From Chiloscyllium plagiosum (taxonomy: Eukaryota), in assembly GCF_004010195.1 (NCBI RefSeq), contig NC_057755.1, forward strand, positions 4,963,643-5,027,642: a stretch of 64,000 bases of DNA, written 5' to 3'. The position numbers and the translations under genes are program-made. Every line of letters starts with the position of its first letter. The first letter of the stretch is position 1. Under the pieces are notes generated by a model. The model saw only the letters and a list, made by a program, of their open reading frames with translations. It was not told the DNA's origin and made no database searches. Of the stretch, positions 1 through 11,929 are shown one piece after another.

Positions 1-864
1 CAGTTGGTCTGGCAGCATCTGTGGACATAGAGAGAAAGCAGAGCTAATGCTTAGAGTCCAGTGACCCTTCTTTGAAATCATCCTTTGAGTTCTAAGCAAG
101 TGTCACTGGCCTCGAGACGCTCACTTTTTTTTCCTCTTCGTCCACAGATACCGTTGGACCTGTTCAGTTTCTCCGCCAACTTCTTTTTTTTCGTTTTAGA
201 TCTGCTGCATCTGCACTTCTTTCTGTATCCTGAATGAATAACCCTTTGCTATTACCTCGGTTATTTGTCTCGATTTCATTTCTGAACACGAGCCCTGTGT
301 CTCACACACTTGGCCAATTCTCCAAATCGTTGATGTCTGCAGCACTGTGCACTATTGATTCTGATTTACTGCAGCCACAAGATATTTTAGGGAACTTTCC
401 AGAACGGAGCACCGTTGGGAAGGTAAACTCCTCATTGAATGAATGGGCACTCTACAATCCGTGGTTTTGGGTTCCTGCGGTAGGTCATGGAATGTATATC
501 CCACGGGTAAGGAGGATCTACTGCATCTTTCTCTAACAAGAAATCAGCTCCATGATCTGGAAAGACTACGATGACAAGGATCCTTTTAATACAATTATTA
601 GTGGCATTAGGCCTACCTAATCAGAATGTTTATCTGCATGGCCACTCCCATGGTGAGACGATGCTGATCCCTCCCTCTCCTGATTCAGTTCATAATCAAA
701 ACAGAGCCTATTGAGAAAATTTGGAATTGTGACTTAGATTTCTAAATATCTGATTATACTCAGTCAATGGTTAAACGTGCTAAATTCAACCCAAATATAT
801 GTCAGCTCTTGAACAGAAATTCCTTTGTGACTAATTTCTTTTATTTTATCACCCGCTCTTGCAG

Positions 865-1755
865 TCAATGTCACAGCGATTATAATCTTGTCTCGGCAGA
901 AGTGTGGACTGAGCAACTGCATTACATGTTATCTCATCACTATGGCAGTGGCAGATGTATTGCTCATTATCTTCGGGGTCATACTGAGACAAATTAATGA
1001 TTATTATTTCCAATTATGTTTCTTGGACATCATTCCTGTGTGTAGCATTCTCAATGTCCTCAGTAGTGCAGCCACAAATTGTTCAGTCTGGTTCACTCTC
1101 ACTTTCTGCTTTGATCGATTTGTATTCATCTGTGGCCAGAAGATTAAAACTAAATACTGTACTGAGAAAACCGCAGCTTTGGTTCTAGGAATGACAGTCA
1201 TTCTACTGTTAATGAAAAACATTCCTTTCTACTTTGTATATGAACCTTCATAATTAATTGGCAAGGTACCATGGTTGTGTTCTGCAAAGTTTAGTTATTT
1301 TACTGAGCCTGGGTGGGTGGTGTTTTCTCGATTCGGTGCCACTTTAACGCCAATACCCCCATTTGTTTTAATGATATTGTTCAACGCACTGACAGTCAGA
1401 CACATTTTATTGACAAGTCGAGTCCGCACAGGACTGAGGAGTGTCAATGAGGGCAGTAATCCCAGTGACCCAGAAATGCAGAACAGAAGGAAATCTGATT
1501 TTGCTCTTTGCTATTTCCAGAAGCTTCATACCTTGGGGCTTGTATATGTCTTTAAAAAATGCTGTATATTACTTAAATGATAATTCAGCTTATATTTTCG
1601 AAAACATTGGGTTTCTGCTGCAGAACCTCAATTGCTGCACAAACACTTTTATTTACATGGCAACTCAATTCAAGTTCAGAGACCATTTGCAGAGCACTGT
1701 GAAATATGTGTTCACGCCAATTATTCTGTTAACTAATAGGCAGAAAATATGTTAG
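865..1755 (+). pseudogene. GPR139/GPR142-like class A GPCR pseudogene, exon 2
   Basis: Acceptor ttgcag at 859-864, then phase-1 VNVTAIIILSRQKCGLSNCITCYLITMAVAD...FCFDRFVFIC...LNCCTNTFIY. Nonsense TAA at 1251-1253 (GAA in the paralog), 2-nt deletion near 1497, compensating -1/-5 deletions near 1531-1555. Exon 1 would lie upstream of the window. Confidence 0.92.
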
Positions 1756-2544
1756 CGTCCTTTTGTGGTGGCGCTAGGGCTGAGAAAGGAGACCGAGCAT
1801 CAATCCAACCTTCTCCCAAAGTATCTTGTAACATCTTTGAAGTAAATGTCACAGCAAAAGTTACCCGAGGACAGAGCAGCAGTGAGCCTGCGTGATTCTA
1901 GTGCATTTACCATAAACCTTCATCAACGATTCACTATTGGCACTGGTGTCCTGATGGACAAAACTAGTTTTACACCAAATATGTATGGTGGTGATGGGGA
2001 ATGTTGGCCGAGTCAGAGTGCGACAGAAGAGATGTTTGGGAATAAACAGCCTAACTGAATGATGATTCCAATATTTCCTGCGGTCAGTGACTCAATTGGT
2101 GAGGAAACTCTAAGTGAACGGCTCGCCAATTGGCACTCAGCAGACATAGACTGGAAGCCAGAGAACGTGTTCTCTGCCCAGTTCCCCATAGTCACGTCTC
2201 AGCTCTTCATGGATGTCCCGAGTTCCGTCAACATAATTGTCCGGATTTGTGATTGGATAATGAATGATATTGAACTCCATAGAGACTCTGTAAAACCCAC
2301 AAGAGTTTTTACTGATCTTATTTTCATACCCTGCATGTTCATCTCCATGATCCACACAGCCATGGACAGAGTTACCACTAATTCTCAGTTTGTTGTCGTC
2401 CCTGAAGATTTAACTGTTTGAAAGATGTGGGAACGATTCAATGGTTACGGGGTCCATTCCGCAATATTGCATTTCTCACTGTCACAACTGATCATTTCTG
2501 TCTAATTTCGAAAGCATTTTCTATGGTCCTCAGTAATTCCAAGA

Positions 2545-3770
2545 ATGTCACAGAACTTTCTAGTACAGATGGAGGCCATTGAACCCATCGTGACCGTACC
2601 AGCTCCAGAGAGAACTGCACAGGTAGTTCCACTCTCCAACGTTCCCGCCGTGGCCTTCTAAATTCATCACTTTCAAATATATACCCTGCTCTCTTTCGAA
2701 ACACAGTACAACTCTCACAGGCCATGCATTCCACATCCCAAAATTTCCCGGAGCAAAGGAGATTCTGCTCATCTCACTGCCTTGTTCACAATTTTTAACT
2801 TGTGATACCGAGTTACTGGCATAACAGCCAGTGGAGACGGAATGTCCTTCTTGATCCAGTCAAAATTCTTCGTCGTTTTGAACACCACAGTAAGGTCTTC
2901 TCTGCTCCAAGGCGAATGTGCACCGATTCTCTCATCTTCTATGAAAAATCTCTCATTCCTGGCATCATTCCACTAAGTCTCCTTTGAAATGTCTCTTGAA
3001 TTTTAACATCCTTCATGAACGGAAATACCCATAAATGAACATACCCCATTTGATATCTGACCAATGGTTTGTAGAGGTGCAGCGTCACAGCCGTGTTCTT
3101 TTTTACTCTCTACTTCTGTTTATAAACGTCAGGATTTTATAAGCCTTCTTCACAACTGTTACAACTTAACCCTTTAGGGAATTGTGCACTTAACTCCAGA
3201 TATTCTCTTCTCCCATACTCCCCTCAAGTTGGTTCCATTCAGCCTGTATTCTCTCTCTGCGTTTCTTCTCCAAAACTGTATCAATTCACAGTTTTCTGCA
3301 CTGAAATTCAGGTGCCAGTTGTTTCCTCATTTGGACAACTTGTCAATAACTCCTTGACAACGGCATCCGCACAACTCACCATTCTACCCAGCTTAGTTCC
3401 ATCTGCAAATTAGTCCACTATAAGTATCTCCCAATCCCTGATCTAAATCAGAAAAGGCAAGGATTAAAACACCAAAGTCCATGGAATGCTAATTTCAACT
3501 CGTCTCTCATCTAAGAAATAGCTATTCACACATTTATCCTCTGTTTCCTACATTTAAGACAACTGTCAATCCATGCTGCTAAAGTATAACCCTTAACAAA
3601 CAACTAACTTGCTAACCAATGTGCCATGAGGAACCATATTAAATGTTTTCTTAAATTTCAATCATATCACATTCACAGCGCTATTCTCATCCACCGCCTG
3701 TGTCAACTTGCTAACGAATTCAATTAAATATGTCAGAAATGACACACCTTGACAAAGCCATGCTTTCTCT
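2545..3770 (-). mobile_element. Degenerate CR1-type LINE, 3' part
   Basis: Minus strand gives decayed RT C-terminal motifs (FADG.KLG, WHLNFSAENCELI, WNAWP). Mirrored at about 50060-51305. Confidence 0.7.
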
Positions 3771-3779
3771 TGTAGCATC

Positions 3780-4031
3780 TCTACAGGCCGTTCAGCCTAA
3801 GAAGTCCACAACAGTGCTCTGAAGAGTAACCCACCCAAGCCAATTCCTTATATTTACCCCTGACAAATGCACCAAATTGGCACATCCCTGCACAATTTCC
3901 CATGGTCAGTTCACCCACATAGAAACAGGAAGGACGTGGAAACACTGCTCAGCCAGTCACCTAAGGATGAAATTGAACCCAGATCCTTGGCACTGGGGGA
4001 CAGCAGTGCTGACCACCGAGCCACCATGCCA
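3780..4031 (-). mobile_element. HE1/V-SINE-like tRNA-derived SINE
   Basis: Reverse complement begins ggcatggtggctcggtggtcagcactgctgtcccc (tRNA-like A box) and ends with a CR1-like tail. Confidence 0.8.
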
Positions 4032-5497
4032 TTCCTCTGACTGTTTGGTGTTAAAGTATTTTTCTCTACGAGTATTTTTGCTTAGCTTGTTTTATGCTCT
4101 GCAGCTGTTTCTCCAGTTTTGATATCAAGCTGAGAAGTCTGTAGTTTTAGGGTTATCATTTGTACTTCTCTTAAAAAGCAGTGTCACACTTACAGTCCTC
4201 CAATCGCATGGGATTAATCCTGTGTTCAGTGAAACACGGAAAATGTCCGTCAATGACCTCCCAATTTGTATCCTTTACCTCTTTCATCAATCCAGAATGC
4301 ATCCCATCTGGATTTCTCTACCTAGATTCCCTCCAGCCTTTATAGTACCGCTTCTTCATCCAACATGATAATGCTGAGAGGCGAGGCAGCTACATTTCCA
4401 GCGGAACAATTATCACCAGCTTCCTTGATCATTACATTGCCATTGATTACCAGTCCATCATAATTCGTCATCCTTGGAATTTTTAAAGTGTTATGGTAAA
4501 CTTTGTTAAATGTTTCTGCTCTTCTTTGCTTTTGCCTGTAATCTACCGCAGCAGTTGGACATATAACAGCAGCTCAGGGAGACTGTCTGCTTCCGGTCTT
4601 GAAGTTGAGGATATCCTGTTCGCAATCTGATCAGCACCAGCCACAAGGTTCACATTACGTCACATCACATACTTTCTGAACGTCTGAATAGACAACATTC
4701 ACAGCACAACCCTCACTCCCCGACAGTCTGAACGCGTCAAAGCACTCAATCAGATTCGTCAGACAGTAGCCGCCATTGACAGTGCCATTTTGCCTGTCAG
4801 TGCCATTAACTTCTTTATTTCTTCATGTATGTTCATCTTGTCCTGTACTCTGGCCTTCACCAAATTTCACAAGGTTGATAACAAGCTAACAGGTCTGTAG
4901 TATATTGACATTAAAGAACTGAGTCACATTTGCAATCTCCCATCCGGGACTGTTTCTGCGTTCAGAGAAGCCTCTGAATTTCTGTCAAGAACTTTGCAAC
5001 TTGCTCCCTCTGCACTCTTACTAATCTAGGATTAATCCCATCTGGCACTGGTGACCTCTATATCTGGAGTGCTGCCTGCCTTTTTATCATTACTCCTTTA
5101 CCGATCACTCTTCTATTCAAATGTTCAACTTTAATGCAGGAAAGACAAATGAAAAACATTCATTTAGTATCTCTGCCATATCCTTAGGTTCAGTGCTCGT
5201 TTCGAAGGTGCCTTGCATTAATCTTCACTTATTGATAATGATTAATCTCTTACTATATAATTAAAACTTAAGGGTATTAGATCATCATTTCCTGAACCAT
5301 TTATCCCAACATCAGTCAGGAATCCGGGTGGACAATGACAGTAAGAGTGAGGTCCGGATGTGCCTGGTTTACGATTGGCAGTAACAGTGAGGTGAGTGGT
5401 TTTCCTGGATGGACAGTGATAACAAGATTGAGATCAATGTCGCATAGCGACACTTCGTGCGATATTAGTGAACAAAATATGGGTAAACAACATGGTG

Positions 5498-6174
5498 TGT
5501 TGTGAGGATGTGAGGTGTACTGACAGCACCACGTGTTCTCAATGAGGTAACAATGTAACACTTGGTCGAAACTAAATTAGCTGCTTGCCTGGAAAAAAAA
5601 AACAAAACAGATTCGAATTAGGCCAATCGGTTTAAATTGTACCCCGAAAAATTTCAAAGTCCAAGACAGATTGAATACATCATATTGACAATCTTAAAAG
5701 GCAACGATGGAATCTGATGTTTTGGTGGCATAAGTGCAAGGAAAGTTGAACAGTTGGGAGTAGAACTGCCAAACATCCAGCACTTAAAAAGACTGCCTAA
5801 AAAATAACTCTCTTAAAAAAACGTACCTTATCGTTCAATAAACTGTGAAGCAGAAATCCCTAAGAAGAAGAAGAAGAGAAAACCCGAATCAGAGAAAGAA
5901 AAAGCTGCCTGGTTTTGAGATAAGAAGTTTTGTTTTGTAAATCCTGATCTGGAGTTTTATCAGTCTAATGTTACCGAAGTGAAGTTAAAGGACAGGTTCG
6001 AGTAAATGGTCGTTAGTTAATTATTGTTTATCATACTTTATGAAAAATAAGTTGTTAAATATTACTTTAACTGGTTCTTGGCCTATCGAATTTTCAGAGA
6101 TTATTGCACGGGATAAATCTTTTCTGTGTTGCTGGCTTTCAATTAAGCAGAATAATTTCCCCAGTGTCATAACA
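5498..6174 (+). mobile_element. Probable solo LTR (Gypsy-type)
   Basis: Termini tgttgtga...tcataaca form an imperfect inverted repeat with TG..CA ends; flanks ggtg/gttg match 3 of 4 as a target-site duplication. Confidence 0.5.
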
Positions 6175-6485
6175 GTTGGAAGATGTTATTAACTCTAATG
6201 AAGACAGTAAGATCCATACTTCCAAGTGCAGTGACATTCCTCACTTAATATTTTAACATTTCAGCACGAAGGTATGTATCATTTACAGTCCACAGCAGAG
6301 AGATCACAGTGAGACTGTCTGTATGTGTGTGTGTATATGCGTGCGGCCTATGTGTCAATCTCTGCCTGCGATGGGAATCCCTTTTTCCTCACGGAAGCTG
6401 CAATGAATTAATGAAAATGTGGTGAATAAGATTCACAGTCTATATTTCCTGCTCTCTCTCTCTCTCCCTCTCTCGACATCCTGCT

Positions 6486-6540
6486 TGTGTTTAAAGTGAT
6501 ACAATGCCACACTCTGCTGGACTCCCCACGCAACTGCACA
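6486..6540 (-). promoter_or_regulatory. CTCF-like site (core plus upstream module)
   Basis: Minus strand TGCAG-N13-CCAGCAGAGTGTGGC-ATTGTATCACTTTAAACACA. Confidence 0.5.
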
Positions 6541-7252
6541 AGCAGCAGTTTCATTTTTGAAGAAATCATCAATGTCGATGAAGCTCTCACGTTGCACGTT
6601 TGCTTCTTTCTTCAAACAGTGCCTTCAGTAACACGAAGCAGCTTTGCCCGATCCGTTGCGATGCTGTCTCTGAGACATGAGGAGACAAGGGAAGAACATG
6701 CCCAGAGTTGAACTCACCCAGCACCCCCACCCCATCGGGGTTTGAATTCACTTTCCCTTTGAATTTGTGATAGCATATCGGAAAACATTATAAAAATGCA
6801 ATAAATTTCACTCTGTCTCTTCATGAAGAGTTTCAGTCAGAGATACCTGGATAGACTTGCAGCTGAATAACTCTACCTAATATCTCCAATGTCAGCACCA
6901 CTGCTAAAAGACAAATCGTTAACTCATTTCCACCTTGCAGTGAAAGTACAATTGATTTCTATTGAGTTAAAAATCACGCAAAACCAAATTATACTCCAAC
7001 ATTTGGAAAGTCCAAATTTCGGAGCGCTGAACTTTCATCAAGTGGTTGTGGAATATGAGGTAGTCCTTCTAAATAAGCATGTTGGACTCGAACCTTTTGT
7101 TGTGTGCTTTTTAACTTTGACACCACTGTCCAAGGCTGCCTCCTCCACATTACTTGTCACTTGAGTGTTTTCCACACTGACCGACATCAGTGCAATTGTA
7201 ATCCTCTCCACACGAACCTTGCGTGCAGTTCTTTGTGGGAGTGTGTATCTGT

Positions 7253-7293
<41 letters not shown>

Positions 7294-7386
7294 GATTTGC
7301 TGTCAGTTTGGATGTTGATGTGAGCTGCTGTCCTCCCTCTCTCACTCTGACCAAATCCCTGAGGGTTTTCGCCCTCAACCAACATA

Positions 7387-7441
7387 TGTGTAGTGGTGGA
7401 AGGAGGTCAGCAGAGGGTGACATTGAATCACTTTCAACACA
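7387..7441 (+). promoter_or_regulatory. CTCF-like site (core plus upstream module)
   Basis: TGTAG-N13-TCAGCAGAGGGTGAC-ATTGAATCACTTTCAACACA. Confidence 0.5.
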
Positions 7442-7717
7442 TGGAGTATTGATTGCATTATTTTCGTTCTGTCCCCTTCGACAGGGAGTTTCTGGTTAGA
7501 CTGCATTGGAGTAGCAGCCCACATTTTCTGATGAGCTATCCTATTTAATTTCATCAAAACACTCCTCAGGAATTAATTTGATGGAAACACGCAGAGGGTT
7601 ACAAGATAATAGGTGTTAGTCTGTAAGAGACATTATCGGTCTAACTGCAGCAGTTAAAAAAGGCAGCTTGCCCCACCTTCTCAAGGTGGGGGAAACTACG
7701 GATGAGGCAATAAATAC

Positions 7718-8972
7718 AGAGTCATAGAGATGTACAGAGTGGAAACAGAGCCTTCAGTCCAACCCGTCCAGATATCCCAACCCAATCTTGTCCCACCTGC
7801 CAGCACCTGGCCCATATCCCTCTAAACCCTTCCTATTCATATACCCATCCAAATGCCTCTTGAATGTTGCAATTTTACCAGCGTCCACCTCATTCCTTAC
7901 ATGTACCACCCCCTGCGTGAAAAAGTTGCCCCTTAGGTCTCTTTTATATCTTTCCCCTCTCAACCTAAGCCCTTTAGTTCTGGACTACCCCACCCCAGGG
8001 AAAAGACTTTGTTCTATTTATCCTATCCATGCCCCTCATAATTTTGTAAACCTCTAAAGGTCACCNNNNNNNNNNNNNNNNNNNNNNNNNNNNNNNNNNN
8101 NNNNNNNNNNNNNNNNNNNNNNNNNNNNNNNNNNNNNNNNNNNNNNNNNNNNNNNNNNNNNNNNNNNNNNNNNNNNNNNNNNNNNNNNNNNNNNNNNNNN
8201 NNNNNNNNNNNNNNNNNNNNNNNNNNNNNNNNNNNNNNNNNNNNNNNNNNNNNNNNNNNNNNNNNNNNNNNNNNNNNNNNNNNNNNNNNNNNNNNNNNNN
8301 NNNNNNNNNNNNNNNNNNNNNNNNNNNNNNNNNNNNNNNNNNNNNNNNNNNNNNNNNNNNNNNNNNNNNNNNNNNNNNNNNNNNNNNNNNNNNNNNNNNN
8401 NNNNNNNNNNNNNNNNNNNNNNNNNNNNNNNNNNNNNNNNNNNNNNNNNNNNNNNNNNNNNNNNNNNNNNNTCATTTATGTAAATGACAAAAAGTAGAGG
8501 ACCCAGCACCGATCCTCGTGGCACTCCACTGGTCACAGATCTCCAGTCTGAGAAACAATCCTCCACCACCACCCTCTGTCTTCTACTTTTGTGCCAGTTC
8601 TGTATCCAAATAGCTAGTTCTCCCTGTATTCCATGAGATCTAACCTTGCTTATCAGTCTCCCATGGGGAACCTTGTCGAACGCCTTACTGAAGTACATAT
8701 AGATCACATCTACTGCTCTGCCCTCATCAATCTTCTTTGCTACTTCTTCAAAAAACTCACTCAAGTTTCTGAGACATGATTTTCCACGCACAAAGCCCTG
8801 TTGACTGTCCCGAATCAGTCCTTGCCTTTCCAAATACATGTACATCCTATGCCTCAGGATTCCCTCCAACAACTTGCCCACCACCGAGGTCAGGCTCAAC
8901 AGTCTATAGTTTGCTGGCTTCTCTTTACCGCCCTTCTTAAAAAGTGGCACCACGTTTGCCAACCTCCAGTCT
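7718..8972 (-). mobile_element. CR1 LINE, 5'-truncated, spanning the assembly gap
   Basis: RT motifs ANVVPLFKKG, FSKAFDKVPHGRL, GVPRGSVLGPLLFVIYIN, then CR1 C-terminus FFTQGVVHVRN and 3' UTR. Confidence 0.92.
8066..8471. other. Assembly gap (406 N)
   Basis: Run of N inside a CR1 copy. Confidence 0.99.
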
Positions 8973-8974
8973 AA

Positions 8975-10010
8975 TTAACTATTCAATAAATACTTCTGGG
9001 TCATCCTTGCAGATTGGATAGTATGCCACGATTAATCACAGGCATTGGAGATTGAAGATCTGCCAGAACTCAATGGACAGGCGCATTTGGTCATGACGAG
9101 CAGTTCGGGATTGTTCACAGCCTTAAGTGGCCCCTCGTCCGACAGTGAAGAGGAATATTACGGAGAGACTGATCAAGGAAGGTGCAGGGCTTTTCCATCG
9201 ATGTGAGTTTAACATGGGCCCTCGTGCGGGAAGCAACAGGCTCTGAGAGAGCTGAATCATAAGGAGGAGGTAGCACTGGGGCCGTGGGGAGAACAGCGAG
9301 TCTAAGAGCATCTTCTTCGTCCGTATCACTGAATCAGGAAACATCGGCATGCCAGAGCAACTGGGAGGATCCTCCCTCATTTGAATCGGCTGGGCTCGCC
9401 CTGCCTGCCTGTTACTTGCAGCTGCTTATTTCAGGTCTTGATTTCTGAATAGTGCACACTCAAAACTTAATGTTTCCCAATCTTTCATTATACCATTCGT
9501 GCATTCGTCAATTCCCTGTTTATGAGCATTATCCCTCCAACTTATTAACTGTGAATGCTTGTGACGCCTAATCAATTCCTTTGTCCAATATGGTTTCAGT
9601 GATTTCCGATTGGAACCCGCATTTTGTGTCCAGGTCGCCTTTCTGGCAGTTTTGCAATTACAATGGTTCATGTGCCCCCTAGTGGCCAATACCTTTATCC
9701 AACTTGTTACTTAATATTGCGAACCGACGATGGAAATTACATGCCTGCGCCGGAAATACAGACCACACATATGACAAGCGTGAATTACGCTCGGTCGCTA
9801 TAGTCTGCAACACTTCATTATTCGTGATACCAAAAGCAACCAGAGTCCCAGACCCAATCTGAAAGGTAAGAGTGCCGCTGACGCTAAATCAGAAAAACAA
9901 AAAAAATCCTGTGTACACTTCCTGGCTATCCAGCAACTGGATCCCTAATCCACAGCGCTTCAATCACAGTCCACTGAAAAAACTTAGAATTTAGATTCGG
10001 AATTCGTCAC
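8975..10010 (-). mobile_element. gag: Endogenous retrovirus gag remnant (matrix, late domains, start of capsid)
   Basis: Minus-strand translation with frameshifts gives WPLGGT (about 9670-9688), PTAPVLPPPY (9259-9288), PVASRTRA and DDPEVFIE. Truncated on the left by the CR1. Same matrix motif as the ERV at 44 kb. Confidence 0.72.
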
Positions 10011-10944
10011 CTGTTAATGTCCTATGCAAGGTACCAGGGGTCTCAGCAAGAGAAAGCAAGACACCAAGGTTAAAGCCTTCATTGTGGCGCCCGTCTGTCT
10101 CTCACCTCTGGGCCATTGTTCGATGATTACTTCGGTGCCTCACAGAATTTACTTAGGGTATTTGGTTTTTGCTCAGCAGTGCCAAATTCAGGAGTGAATT
10201 TAACATAGCCACAAGACAGTCAGAGCTGAACTCTACAACACTCAACAAAAGTTCAACAAGCCTTGTTCTGACAAAACAATCGGTCCTTTTTAAAAGGCAA
10301 ACTGCATGCAGAGTGGCTGAATTTGGGAAAGAGAGAGAGGATCACTTTTTTGAGTTTTTCACAAGTTCGTGCTTAAGAGGAAATAGCAGGAATATTTATC
10401 CTTAAAACTTATCAATAGCTATCAATAAATGTCACGAGAGGTTTTTCTTCCATTAGACCGATACATTGAATTATGATCTGTGTTATTACTTGAGAGGTTT
10501 ATCACCTTGCCCTCCCAAAACCTGGTGCCACATACCTCATCTCATAATCTCGTCCTTATTGGGGCTGAAAGGATTGTGTGGAATGTCTTTATCTGGGCGT
10601 AGTCCACATTCCAGAATTTATGTGGACCCAGCCTGAACAAACTCTGCCGAGGTCTACCAAGGTTTCAGAATTTACGTGGACACAGCCTACGTCAAGTTCT
10701 GCTGAGGCTAGCAATGCTTTAACCTTTGTTACAGTCTTCACTTGTGTTGTGTCAGGCAGCTCTGGGGCCACACAAAGGACAGTCAAAGCATTTGTAACAA
10801 CCCGGTGTTGGCCAGTTTTTCCATCATGCAGCTATCTGTTTCACCCCATTCGACAAGTCCACTGAGCCAGCTGCATCATTCGTCATAAGAACCATGTGGC
10901 ACAGGAGGCTCAGTGGGTTTTTAATGCCCATTTGGTTTGCAGCA

Positions 10945-11885
10945 TCATAAAACCATCAGACATTGCAGCAGAAATTAGGCCATTCAGTCCATCTAGTCTG
11001 CTCTACCATTCAATCATGGCGGAGAACTTTCTCATCCCCATTCTCCCGCTTTCTCCCATAATCGCTGATCCCCTTGAGGCTGAAGACACTGTCTATCTCA
11101 GTTTTAAATATTCTAAAATACCTGACCTCCACAGCCTTCGGTGGAACTAATTCCATACATTCTCAACTCTCTGGCTGAAGAAGTTTCTCCTTATCTCTGT
11201 TCAAAATGGTCTTCCCTTTATTATAAGGCAGGGGCCCTTTGGTCCTAGTGTCTACTTCCAATGGAAACATCTTATCAACATCTCCCCTGTCCAGACCATA
11301 CAGAATTCTGTAAGTTTCAAACTGCATCGAGCATAAACCCAGAGTCCACAAACGTTCCTCATTTGTTCAGCTTTTTATTCCTCGGACCATTCTCGTGAAC
11401 CTTCTCTTAACACGTTCCAGAGCTAGCACATCCTTCCTGAGATATGGGCCCAAAAATGCGCACAATACTCCGAATGTCGTCTGACAAGAACCTTTTGAAG
11501 CCTGAGGCGTACATCCCTGTTTTTATAGCTCAGTCCTCTCAAAAGAAATGCTAGCATTGCATCTACCTCCCTAAATACTGACCCAACCAGCGAGTTTCAC
11601 TTGCGAGAATCCTGGGCTAGAACCCCCAAGTCTCTTTGCACATCAACTTCTGAAATTTCTCCCCATTTGAAAAATAGTCCACGCCTCTATTCCTCCTTCC
11701 AAAGGGAATGACTTCAAACCTTCCCGTGTTGCACTCCATCTGCCACTTCTTTGCCCACTCTACTAACCTGGCCAAATTCTTCTGCCGGCACCCCACCTCC
11801 ACAAATCTGCTTGTCCTTTTTCCTATCTTTATGCGTGGGCACACATAGCCAGAATTCCCTCAGTTCCTTCATTTAGATCATTATT
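10945..11885 (-). mobile_element. CR1 LINE 3' fragment
   Basis: RLVEWAKKWQMECNTGRFEVIPFG, ETYRILYGLDRGDVDKMFPL and a CR1-type 3' UTR. Confidence 0.85.
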
Positions 11886-11929
11886 GTGCAGAAAGCCAAG
11901 TATGGTTGCAACATTGATCATTGCGAACA

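Larger units (their letters stand above)
1..4660 (+). repeat. Left arm of large inverted segmental duplication (partner 49134-57837); starts before the window
   Basis: Reverse complement is colinear with the right arm: position 1 ~ 57837, 234 ~ 57605, 865 ~ 52971, 1755 ~ 52073, 4660 (cacattacgt) ~ 49134 (acgtaatgtg). Includes the GPCR exon, CR1 fragments and HE1 SINE. Confidence 0.93.
6300..7560 (+). repeat. Duplicated non-coding cassette, copy 1, with inverted CTCF-like motif pair and (GT)n
   Basis: Colinear similarity with 17100-18370 and 46068-46540. Motif at 6486-6540 (-) and 7387-7441 (+); (GT)n near 7250-7291. Confidence 0.85.

Noticed and set aside
6487..6711. Short ORFs in cassettes 1 and 2 that align in frame (LTL..CF.L...S.AMLSLR)
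   Set aside because: Starts and ends differ, many changes are non-conservative, and there are no clear splice sites; DNA-level homology explains it.
8023..8962. 302-aa and 150-aa ORFs
   Set aside because: Inflated by the N gap; the real part is a CR1 RT fragment.
10085..10100. tggcgcccg resembling a tRNA-Lys primer-binding site
   Set aside because: The match stops after 9 nt and it is on the wrong strand for the adjacent minus-strand gag.
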